A DNA stretch of 64,000 nucleotides, taken from NCBI RefSeq assembly GCF_003991155.1, contig NZ_CP031293.1; one strand, given 5' to 3'. Below are positions 42,935 through 51,778 of the stretch, in pieces; positions within the stretch are counted from its first letter, which is position 1; each line of letters begins with the position of its first letter. Made by a program: the position numbers and the translations under genes. Below the pieces are notes generated by a model, which ran no database searches, was not told the DNA's origin, and saw only the letters and a program-made list of their open reading frames with translations. This stretch comes from Escherichia coli (GTDB taxonomy: Bacteria; Pseudomonadota; Gammaproteobacteria; Enterobacterales; Enterobacteriaceae).

Positions 42935-43581
42935 AAAAAATAGCCATGCTTCACACCAGTTCAGCCACGCTTGCGGTGATGCAACAACTGATAGGCGATA
43001 TCATGCCTGAGGCTGAAGTGATGCATCTGGTTGAGGAGTCTATGATTAAGCAGGTGATGAAAGCGGGCGGTGTTACGCCAGATATCGCCGCACGGATCGC
43101 TGATTACATACGGATCGCTGAAAAAGCCGACTGCGATATTTTCATTACCGCTTGTTCATCAATTGGTACTGCTGTCGAACAGTGTCAATTTATGACTTCA
43201 GTACAACTGGCACGGATTGACTGTGCGATGGTGGATGAAGCAATCAACAAAGGGGAACACATTGCTGTGCTGGCAACGGTGGCCACAACGCTGAAACCGA
43301 CGCTTGATTTTGTCCGGCGAAAAGTTCAGGAAAGTGGAAAACAGCGGATTATTACACCTGTTTTAATGGAAGAAGCCTTCCATGCGTTATTGAATGGTGA
43401 TATGGGAACGCATGACCGCATTGTGAGTGAAGGATTACAAAAGGCCTTTGGGCAGGCAGATGTTATTATGTTAGCGCAGGCATCGATGGCACGGGTGCTG
43501 CAAAATATGCCTGAGCCTCCGGTTCCGGTATTAACATCGCCAGAAAGCGGTATTCGCTGGTTGAAAACATTCGCGAGTTAA
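42931..43581 (+). CDS. Asp/Glu/hydantoin racemase-family enzyme
   Basis: 216 aa; start overlaps GlcG stop; conserved Cys-containing ACSS segment. Confidence 0.6.
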   Translation: MKKIAMLHTSSATLAVMQQLIGDIMPEAEVMHLVEESMIKQVMKAGGVTPDIAARIADYIRIAEKADCDIFITACSSIGTAVEQCQFMTSVQLARIDCAMVDEAINKGEHIAVLATVATTLKPTLDFVRRKVQESGKQRIITPVLMEEAFHALLNGDMGTHDRIVSEGLQKAFGQADVIMLAQASMARVLQNMPEPPVPVLTSPESGIRWLKTFAS

Positions 43582-44101
43582 GTCAGGTATAGTTTCTATA
43601 TTAAAGACGTTTACACATAATGGTGTACAGGCCCATTCAGAAACGGAACTGGGAATTTATTAACGGATAATCCGGAAACGTATTAAATGGCAGAAGGTAA
43701 CTACTTTCTGCCATTTCACAGACAGGATGTACATATTAATCGGCCATGATGGTTGACATAAAAAATGCATCGGCAGTGATGTGGCAAGTTTTTCCCGGAC
43801 AATGTTTTTCTTCATCCCACTTGCAGAAAATATATAATATTATATTTTATATAACATTTTCTAACTCATTGAATACACTTGCAAATCTTCTCATTCTTAC
43901 TTAGAAATATTATTAATTTTAACGTTCTTTGTTGAATGTTTGTTTGGTTACAGCCATCTAATTTTTTAAATGCACAGTATCTGTGGATAACTTTGCGTAA
44001 ACACTGGGGACAGAGCTCGTTGAACCAGAGAAAGCACGCATGAAAACAAAATACTCATTCTTTAACCATTCTGTATAAGATCAGATGTCAGATCTGCTCA
44101 A

Positions 44102-44157
44102 TTCCGCTTTCCCGGTCACTGACTCGCTACGCTCGATCGTTCGGTTGCGGCGAGCGG
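44102..44157. other. ColE1/pBR322-type primosome assembly site (pas/ssi)-like sequence
   Basis: TTCCGCTTTCCCGGTCACTGACTCGCTACGCTCGATCGTTCGGTTGCGGCGAGCGG is ~90% identical to the remembered pBR322 segment TTCCGCTTCCTCGCTCACTGACTCGCTGCGCTCGGTCGTTCGGCTGCGGCGAGCGG. Confidence 0.4.
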
Positions 44158-44455
44158 AGTCTCCTTTCTCAAAATCAGGCTTCGTGCATCTGGTCACAAA
44201 CCCGTATATCAATCATCATTGATGAGAAATTATCTTTATGAGGGCGTTTTTTTGGTTTCAGTTTTGCACGGAACCAGGAGATTTTTGGGAGTTGTTTTAT
44301 GTATGTTGTAAATAAAATTTTAATATTGACATCTACTGTACGTGCATAGAGTACGCCGGTGACCAACGTCAGCATTCCACTGTTCCAGTAACTAATTAAC
44401 GTAAGTGAAGTTATCGAGGAAGCAATACTGGATGGAGAAGTCGTCCTTGAGGTAT

Positions 44456-44737
44456 TCACTTTCCTTTCGTTCTGCCCATTAGTGGACAGCTAACTAGTGG
44501 CAGGACATCGGAGTACAGCACCTTCCCGTTGTTATTTATCAGCACGGCAGCTTTCTGGTTATTGACGAGCACAGTTTTCACGCCGCCGCCAAAGTTGTGG
44601 AAGACTCGCACCAGTGACTCATGGGTATGTTCAGCATCCTGTATGGGGCAGCAAAGAGATAGAAGCGACGTGAGAACCCCCTGCGTATTAGTCGCGAAGT
44701 TAATGCAGCATCGTTGTCTGACCAGTACCCCAGTCAT
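44456..44737 (-). pseudogene. IS21-family IstA transposase fragment
   Basis: …DAEHTHESLVRVFHNFGGGVKTVLVNNQKAAVLINNNGKV… matches the IstA segment …DAEHTYESLVRAFRYFGGCVKTVLVDNQKAAVLKNNNGKV…. Confidence 0.55.
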
Positions 44738-44952
44738 GCTGGAGCTGGTAATCCGGCTGAGTTTTGAAGCGAACCGTTTTCTTCGATTTCCGTCTGGGAA
44801 GTAATCAGACTCAGCACGGACAAAAATTGCAGCGCCCGGATGGCACGGGTAATGGTCAGATTACCGGATGCGGATTAGGTGCCGCGTAGTGAAGCGCGCC
44901 GGATTCAGAGTCGCTAGTATGGTCATACAGCGAAGGAAAGCCGCCAATTTTT

Positions 44953-45225
44953 GTGCCGGACGTGGAATATACAGCGAATGCTGATGTAAAAGGCGCTCGT
45001 AATATTTTAGCTGCGGGACATACTGTGCTTGCCAGGGAAGGGATGGTGCAGTCAGACCACCCGTTGAAGCGAAATGAACCTGAACCATACGACAACCTGA
45101 AAGTAGCAGGAATCCACGCCCTGAAGGACGTGGAGGAAGTCAAATCGATGGTAGGTTGTAGGTTTATGGCAACATCTGCTTCATTAGATACATGTCGATA
45201 TACAGAACATATATCACATTTATGA
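44953..45225 (+). pseudogene. 3' fragment of an IS200/IS605-family tnpB (RNA-guided nuclease) gene
   Basis: …ANADVKGARNILAAGHTVLAREGMVQ… resembles the conserved TnpB C-terminus; no N-terminal part upstream. Confidence 0.4.
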
Positions 45226-45903
45226 ATTTTCTTTTATCCTGCTATTTTGGGGTTTATTGTGAAAGTAACTTTCAAGAACAGGCAGATAGTACCAGGATTC
45301 AGGATGTTTTTTCAGGAATTCATTTAAAAATGATTGCATTGTTAAATATAAATCTTTGTTATTTCCTTTATGTATAAAATCATAAATCCACACGTAATTA
45401 CTGTAATTAGAATCAAAGTATGATGCAATAAAATACGCATTAGCACCTGCGCGTCTTACAATATATTCCCAACCACCGTGCAACCATGCTTTCTTATTCA
45501 GTAGACAAGCTTCTCTTACAGAACCATAGTTTTCGCTACTATACACTGAGGGTATATCTGGTAATATAATCAAATTAGCTCCGTTTTTTACAAGCTTAAT
45601 CATGGCCTTTATTTCTGTAATGCCATTTTTTTCGAAAACAGTAATCTGATGCCCAAGTCCAGAAAGTGAATGTATTAATTCCAACTCATTGAGACCATTT
45701 ACAGAACTTCTATAAAAAATAAAATGTGAGTTAGATTTATATGAAAGTAGAATTTTATGAATGGCTGTCCAGTATTCACCAGAATGTAAAACTACAAACA
45801 CAGAATTATTAAGTGTTTTATGTAATGCATCCAAAAAACAGTCTTCATATATAAATTTTGTACGGTGTGCATACTCATGAAGGGTATTCATAGACACAAT
45901 CAT
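45220..45903 (-). CDS. Orphan hypothetical protein, 227 aa, AT-rich (weak resemblance to LpxL/LPLAT-type acyltransferases)
   Basis: Uninterrupted ORF in low-GC DNA; family assignment uncertain. Confidence 0.5.
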   Translation of the reverse strand: MIVSMNTLHEYAHRTKFIYEDCFLDALHKTLNNSVFVVLHSGEYWTAIHKILLSYKSNSHFIFYRSSVNGLNELELIHSLSGLGHQITVFEKNGITEIKAMIKLVKNGANLIILPDIPSVYSSENYGSVREACLLNKKAWLHGGWEYIVRRAGANAYFIASYFDSNYSNYVWIYDFIHKGNNKDLYLTMQSFLNEFLKKHPESWYYLPVLESYFHNKPQNSRIKENS

Positions 45904-45983
45904 TTTAGCCCTATTACTGACAATAATGATAATTGATATTCTGAGCGTATCGAAAATAAGTCCGAATTATCAGAAGGTTTATT

Positions 45984-46756
45984 ATGAAAATACTCATTGC
46001 AGGGGCAACCGGAAGTATTGGTCTTCATGTCGTGAATACCGCTATTGAAATGGGTCATCAGCCCGTGGCGCTGGTCAGAAATAAACGCAAAGTAAAATCT
46101 CTTCCTCGTGGAACAGATGTTTTTTACGGCGATGTTTCAATGCCGGAAACACTCACCGAATTGCCGAAAGATATTGATGCCATCATCTTCACTCTCGGTT
46201 CTGATGGCCAGGGGCGTATTGGTGCCAGAGCGATCGATTACGGAGGAGTGCGTAATATTTTGCGAATATTCAGGGATACACCTGTTCGTATCAGCTAATG
46301 ACCACGATTGGCGTGACTGAGCGGCTCAGCACTTGGAATCAACGCACTGAGGTTCATGACAGGAAAAGACGTGCCGAGCGTCTGGTCAGGGCCAGCGGTC
46401 ATCCCTATATTATCGTCCGGCCCGGCTGGTTTGATTACAACAATGATGATGAACACAGGATCGTTATGCTTCAGGGGGATCGTCGCCATGCAGGAACACC
46501 GGAAGATGGTGTGATATCCCGGGAGCAAATCGCCCAGGTTCTGGTCAGTGCCCTGACCAACGACGAGGCAAAAAATAAAACGTTCGAGCTGGTGGCTGAA
46601 CGAGGTGAAGCACCACAGGATCTTACCCCACTGTTTGCAGAACTGCAGACTGATGATGCACAAAAAAATGATGGGGTTCTGGACATAGACAATATGCAGC
46701 TGAGAGAAGAACCGGAGTGCATTATTAACGAGCTGAACCTGTATTCAAAAAATTAA
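45984..46756 (+). pseudogene. NAD(P)-binding SDR/NmrA-like oxidoreductase gene split into two ORFs (104 aa + 152 aa)
   Basis: N-terminal Rossmann motif GATGSIGLHVV in ORF1; ORF2 continues the same fold in a different frame; ORFs overlap at TAATG (46296-46300). Confidence 0.5.
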
Positions 46757-46897
46757 ACAATCTACAACCCTGACAATTTTGTCATATAGCGGTCAGCCTC
46801 ATGACAGTTTAAGTCTGTATATTTACATACACAAACGGGGATAGTTCCCTTGATACGAATCCAGTTTTAAACATAGATTTTAAAAGAGGTATTAAAT

Positions 46898-47149
46898 ATG
46901 AAAGCATTACTTATTACTACATTGGTCATGGGGTTTATTTCAGTGAATGCCGCATCTGCAGCTCAGGAAATTAACCATGCAGATGGGAAAGAAAAGATAG
47001 GTGTAGTCTCAGCCAGCAATGCCTATACGCTTGATGAATTATCGAATACGCTTTCTCGTAAGGCTGATGAACAAGGAGCAACATCGTTCAAAATTCTGTC
47101 AACCACGGGGAATAACCGGCTGCACGGGGTTGCTGAAATCTATAAGTAA
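46898..47149 (+). CDS. DUF1471 (YdgH/BhsA/McbA-family) periplasmic stress protein
   Basis: 83 aa with signal peptide and the family's C-terminal …FKI.S..G.N.L.G.AEIYK motif. Confidence 0.7.
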   Translation: MKALLITTLVMGFISVNAASAAQEINHADGKEKIGVVSASNAYTLDELSNTLSRKADEQGATSFKILSTTGNNRLHGVAEIYK

Positions 47150-47205
47150 ATCATTAGTATCCTGAGCAGGATGTGTCTTAACCCTCTTATAGCGAGCGTC
47201 GATTT

Positions 47206-47541
47206 ATGTTTAGAACAGAAGACATCATCGATGAGATAACCCAATGGATTGATTCAAATTTACATAAGCCGCTGAAGATAGAGGATGTTGCTGCGCGGGC
47301 AGGATACTCGAGGTGGCATCTTCAGCGGATTTTTGTGCAGGTGAGAGAAATTAGCCTTGGGAAGTACATAAGAGATACGAAACTTAGACTTGCAGCAAAA
47401 GATCTTATCGCGACTAATGAGCCAGTGATGGTTATCGCCTTTAAATATGGATTCGATTCACAACAAACTTTTACTCGGATTTTCTTTAAAAAATATAAAT
47501 TGCCACCATTGAAATATAGGGTAATGACTCCAACTTATTGA
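47206..47541 (+). CDS. MarA/SoxS-like small AraC-family regulator, C-terminus replaced by IS1 insertion
   Basis: 111-aa ORF with two HTH motifs; its last 7 codons lie inside IS1. Confidence 0.6.
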   Translation: MFRTEDIIDEITQWIDSNLHKPLKIEDVAARAGYSRWHLQRIFVQVREISLGKYIRDTKLRLAAKDLIATNEPVMVIAFKYGFDSQQTFTRIFFKKYKLPPLKYRVMTPTY

Positions 47542-48038
47542 TAGTGTTTTATGTTCAGATAATGCCCGATGACTTTGTCATGCAGCTCCACCGATTTTGA
47601 AAACGACAGCGACTTCCGTCCCAGCCGTGCCAGGTGCTGCCTCAGATTCAGGTTATGCCGCTCAATTCGCTGCGTATATCGCTTGCTGATTACGTGCAGC
47701 TTTCCCTTCAGGCGGGATTCATACAGCGGCCAGCCATCCGTCATCCATATCACCACGTCAAAGGGTGACAGCAGGCTCATAAGACGCCCCAGCGTCGCCA
47801 TAGTGCGTTCACCGAATACGTGCGCAACAACCGTCTTCCGGAGCCTGTCATACGCGTAAAACAGCCAGCGCTGGCGCGATTTAGCCCCGACGTATCCCCA
47901 CTGTTCGTCCATTTCCGCGCAGACGATGACGTCACTGCCCGGCTGTATGCGCGAGGTTACCGACTGCGGCCTGAGTTTTTTAAATGGCGGAAAATCGTGT
48001 TGAGGCCAACGCCCATAATGCGGGCGGTTGCCCGGCAT
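47535..48038 (-). CDS. insB: IS1 transposase InsB
   Basis: 167 aa matching IS1 InsB. Confidence 0.9.
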   Translation of the reverse strand: MPGNRPHYGRWPQHDFPPFKKLRPQSVTSRIQPGSDVIVCAEMDEQWGYVGAKSRQRWLFYAYDRLRKTVVAHVFGERTMATLGRLMSLLSPFDVVIWMTDGWPLYESRLKGKLHVISKRYTQRIERHNLNLRQHLARLGRKSLSFSKSVELHDKVIGHYLNIKHYQ

Positions 48039-48232
48039 CCAACGCCATTCATGGCCATATCAATGATTTTCTGGTGCGTACCGGGTTGAGAAGCGGTGTA
48101 AGTGAACTGCAGTTGCCATGTTTTACGGCAATGAGAGCAGAGATAGCGCTGATGTCCGGCGGTGCTTTTGCCGTTACGCACCACTCCGTCAGTAGCTGAA
48201 CAGGAGGGACAGCTGATAGAAACAGAAGCCAC
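47957..48232 (-). CDS. insA: IS1 InsA
   Basis: 91 aa matching IS1 InsA (zinc finger CPSC…CSHC). Confidence 0.9.
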   Translation of the reverse strand: MASVSISCPSCSATDGVVRNGKSTAGHQRYLCSHCRKTWQLQFTYTASQPGTHQKIIDMAMNGVGCRATARIMGVGLNTIFRHLKNSGRSR

Positions 48233-48522
48233 TGGAGCACCTCAAAAACACCATCATACACTAAATCAGTAAGTTGGCAGCATCACCGAAATATAGAAAC
48301 GCGGAAAGGAGAAAAAAACTTCACCAGCCCATGTCTTAAGTTCTGTCAGTATGGCTACAGCCTGTTTGCTGAGTGGCACAAGGTGTGGTGTTCGAATCTT
48401 GGTTCCCCAATGAGAGTTCAGGCGGTGTGGGCAAATAAAAAAGAAAACATAAATAAAACCATCCGACCGTTGGTGGGGCTGGATGGTTATTCATTATTTC
48501 TATGTCACTGAACTTTCATTCA

Positions 48523-49704
48523 TCAGATCTGCTCAGAAAGTGAATCAATGTAGTCAGCATACCACTGCATCATTTCACGGCGACCATCCAGATACTGGGC
48601 ATGATTATAGGTACCTCTGATAGCGTTTTTATCCATATGAGCTAACTGCATTTCAATCCAGGCAGAATTAAAGCCCTGTTCGTGCAGAATTGTACTCATG
48701 GTGTGTCTGAAACCGTGCCCTGTGAGTCTTCCCTTATATCCTAGTAATTCAATGACTTGGTTTATGCTTTCCTTACTAATTGGTTTGCGAGGATCGTTCC
48801 TACCGATAAAGACCAGAGGATGATGTTTTGAGATTGGTTCAAGTTGCTTAAATAGCGCAATGACCTGCTCAGAGAGCGGCACAATATGAGGTCGCTTCAT
48901 CTTCATTACTTCTGCCGGGATCTCCCATAATTTTGTCTCAAAATCGATATCCTCCCAGCGTGCGAAACGCAATTCTTGAGTTCGTACACCAGTTAGCATA
49001 ATGATTTGAGTGGCTGTCTTAGTGATAATACTTCCGGTATAACCCGCCAGATCATTGAGGAAGTGGGGAAGTTCATTAGCAGTAAGAAAGGGAAAATGTA
49101 CTTTTTTCGGTGTAGCTAAAGCACTGGCAAGATCGGGAGCAGGGTTGTAGTTAGCCCGACCAGTAACAATTGCATAGCGGAACACCTCTCCACAGCGCTG
49201 GCGGACCTTACGCATTTTCTCCAGAGCTCCACGTTTTTCCATTTTACGCAATGCTTCCAGTAACTCCATTGGTTTGATTTCAGCAATAGGGCGTTTGCCA
49301 ATATAGGGAAAAATATCTTTTTCAAAGGTATCAATGATTTCATCACGATAGCGTAATGACCACCGATCGGCTTTTGACTGATGCCATTCTCGAGCAACGG
49401 CCTCAAATGTGTTTTTCAAACTCATTTGCAGCGCGATTTTTTCTTCTTTTTTTGTCTCACCCGGATCGCATCCTGCAGCGAGGATTTTCCTAGCTTCACT
49501 GCGTTTTTCGCGAGCGTCGGCTAGAGTTACATCGGGGTATACGCCAATAGAAAGCATCTTTTCTTTGCCAGCAAAGCGGTACTTCATACGCCAATATTTA
49601 GAACCATTAGTGTTAATGAGTAGATACATACCGCCACCATCAGACAGCTTATAGGGCTTTTCTTTTGGTTTTGCGGTTTTCACTTTAATATCAGTTAACG
49701 CCAT
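48523..49704 (-). CDS. P4-type tyrosine integrase (site-specific recombinase)
   Basis: 393 aa; catalytic HGFRHT and C-terminal Tyr region; immediately adjacent to selC. Confidence 0.9.
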   Translation of the reverse strand: MALTDIKVKTAKPKEKPYKLSDGGGMYLLINTNGSKYWRMKYRFAGKEKMLSIGVYPDVTLADAREKRSEARKILAAGCDPGETKKEEKIALQMSLKNTFEAVAREWHQSKADRWSLRYRDEIIDTFEKDIFPYIGKRPIAEIKPMELLEALRKMEKRGALEKMRKVRQRCGEVFRYAIVTGRANYNPAPDLASALATPKKVHFPFLTANELPHFLNDLAGYTGSIITKTATQIIMLTGVRTQELRFARWEDIDFETKLWEIPAEVMKMKRPHIVPLSEQVIALFKQLEPISKHHPLVFIGRNDPRKPISKESINQVIELLGYKGRLTGHGFRHTMSTILHEQGFNSAWIEMQLAHMDKNAIRGTYNHAQYLDGRREMMQWYADYIDSLSEQI

Positions 49705-49998
49705 GACATCCTCCGGATTTTGATGAATCCATGTTCCTGGACTTCTGCCAGTAACTGACCTGATATCCCCAATGCACCCCCATGTATAACAAAGATGTTG
49801 TTAAAAGCCGTTGTTATATATCACATTTTTTCCATTATGGGGGTGCTGATATTTTAAGAGAAAATAGTACCCCCTAAAGTACCCCCAAAAGCAACTTGAT
49901 ATGGGGTGATACCGGTTGACCTCGGGATACAAAGAAATCCTGATATACAATAGGTTATATGGAGATTGTTGATATAAGGAGAGTTCAGAAGAGGTTAA

Positions 49999-50023
49999 TT
50001 GGCGGAAGATCACAGGAGTCGAA
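49999..50023. repeat. attL core: 25-bp direct repeat overlapping the 3' end of selC
   Basis: Identical to 4873..4897. Confidence 0.8.
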
Positions 50024-50094
50024 CCTGCCCGGGACCGCTGGCGGCCCCAACTGGATTTGAAGTCCAGCCGCCTCACCGGAGACGACGATCTTCC
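50000..50094 (-). tRNA. selC: tRNA-Sec (selenocysteine tRNA)
   Basis: Reverse complement matches the 95-nt E. coli selC sequence GGAAGATCGTCGTCTCCGGTGAGGCGGCTGGACTTCAAATCCAGTTGGGGCCGCCAGCGGTCCCGGGCAGGTTCGACTCCTGTGATCTTCCGCCA. Confidence 0.95.
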
Positions 50095-50386
50095 GCGCCT
50101 CGATTGCTACATGGAGGCGGGGCGCATTATAGCTACTTCCTTGAGTTTCTACATCCCCCAGATCAGTTTTTTCCGCCTAATACACGCAGCGTATTATCAC
50201 GAAAGCATTATAATTCATATAAAACCCATACTTTACAATGATATATGAGCGTAATTTACGCTACCACGATCACATAAAACAAGAATCATAAATTAATAAC
50301 CAGATATCGGAATATTCGCTCTCACAGGGATGGTTTACAAAATGCGTTATCGGTCTCAGCACCCCTATAGCATCAAGGAAAAGCAG

Positions 50387-51769
50387 ATGAAGAGTGAAGT
50401 GTTGTCCGTTAAAGAGAAAATTGGTTATGGCATGGGAGACGCCGCCAGCCACATTATTTTCGATAACGTAATGTTATATATGATGTTCTTTTATACCGAT
50501 ATTTTTGGCATTCCTGCCGGATTTGTCGGAACCATGTTTTTGGTCGCTCGTGCACTGGATGCGATTTCCGATCCTTGCATGGGGTTGTTGGCCGATCGAA
50601 CGCGCTCTCGCTGGGGTAAATTTCGTCCGTGGGTACTGTTTGGCGCACTGCCATTTGGGATCGTCTGTGTACTGGCCTATAGCACGCCAGATCTCAGTAT
50701 GAACGGAAAAATGATTTATGCAGCAATTACTTACACCCTACTTACCTTACTTTATACCATCGTTAATATCCCTTACTGCGCATTGGGTGGGGTAATCACC
50801 AATGACCCGACTCAGCGTATCTCGCTGCAATCCTGGCGTTTTGTGCTGGCGACCGCGGGAGGCATGCTCTCTACTGTTCTGATGATGCCACTGGTTAATT
50901 TAATTGGTGGTGATAATAAACCACTCGGTTTCCAGGGCGGAATCGCGGTCCTTTCCGTGGTGGCATTTATGATGCTGGCATTTTGTTTCTTCACCACTAA
51001 AGAACGCGTTGAAGCACCACCTACAACGACGTCTATGCGGGAAGATTTACGTGATATCTGGCAAAACGACCAGTGGCGTATTGTCGGTTTACTAACCATT
51101 TTCAATATTCTGGCGGTATGCGTACGCGGTGGGGCGATGATGTATTACGTCACATGGATTTTGGGTACGCCGGAAGTGTTTGTCGCTTTTCTTACCACTT
51201 ATTGCGTGGGTAACCTGATTGGTTCCGCACTGGCGAAACCGCTGACCGACTGGAAATGTAAAGTCACTATCTTCTGGTGGACGAACGCCCTGCTGGCAGT
51301 GATTAGCCTGGCGATGTTCTTTGTTCCTATGCAGGCCAGCATCACCATGTTTGTCTTCATCTTCGTGATTGGTGTGCTGCATCAACTGGTGACACCTATC
51401 CAGTGGGTAATGATGTCCGATACCGTCGATTACGGCGAGTGGTGCAATGGTAAACGCCTGACCGGGATCAGTTTTGCTGGCACGCTGTTTGTGCTCAAAC
51501 TGGGGTTGGCCTTCGGCGGCGCTCTTATCGGCTGGATGCTGGCTTATGGCGGATATGATGCGGCAGAAAAAGCGCAGAACAGCGCCACGATTAGCATCAT
51601 TATTGCGCTATTCACGATTGTTCCGGCGATCTGTTATTTGCTGAGCGCGATTATCGCTAAACGCTACTACTCACTCACGACGCACAATCTGAAAACCGTT
51701 ATGGAACAGCTGGCCCAGGGCAAACGCCGTTGCCAGCAACAATTCACCTCTCAAGAAGTGCAGAACTAA
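50387..51769 (+). CDS. yicJ: GPH-family transporter YicJ
   Basis: ORF 50330..51769 trimmed to MKSEVLSVKEKIGYG (460 aa); matches E. coli YicJ. Confidence 0.85.
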   Translation: MKSEVLSVKEKIGYGMGDAASHIIFDNVMLYMMFFYTDIFGIPAGFVGTMFLVARALDAISDPCMGLLADRTRSRWGKFRPWVLFGALPFGIVCVLAYSTPDLSMNGKMIYAAITYTLLTLLYTIVNIPYCALGGVITNDPTQRISLQSWRFVLATAGGMLSTVLMMPLVNLIGGDNKPLGFQGGIAVLSVVAFMMLAFCFFTTKERVEAPPTTTSMREDLRDIWQNDQWRIVGLLTIFNILAVCVRGGAMMYYVTWILGTPEVFVAFLTTYCVGNLIGSALAKPLTDWKCKVTIFWWTNALLAVISLAMFFVPMQASITMFVFIFVIGVLHQLVTPIQWVMMSDTVDYGEWCNGKRLTGISFAGTLFVLKLGLAFGGALIGWMLAYGGYDAAEKAQNSATISIIIALFTIVPAICYLLSAIIAKRYYSLTTHNLKTVMEQLAQGKRRCQQQFTSQEVQN

Positions 51770-51778
51770 GGAACGGCA

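Larger units (their letters stand above)
47520..48287 (-). mobile_element. IS1 insertion sequence, complete (768 bp), flanked by ~9-bp target-site duplication GAAATATAG
   Basis: Ends GGTAATGACTCC…GGCAGCATCACC match the IS1 inverted repeats; insA and insB present; duplicated GAAATATAG at 47510-47518 and 48288-48296. Confidence 0.9.

Noticed and set aside
44000-44400. Complete ColE1 replication origin (RNAI/RNAII)
   Set aside because: Only the ~56-bp pas-like segment matches; the flanking sequence does not resemble the remembered origin region.
4873-50023. Classical selC virulence island cargo (LEE, SHI-2 aerobactin, hemolysin or fimbrial PAI)
   Set aside because: No T3SS apparatus, intimin, iuc/iut, hly or fimbrial genes recognised within the island.
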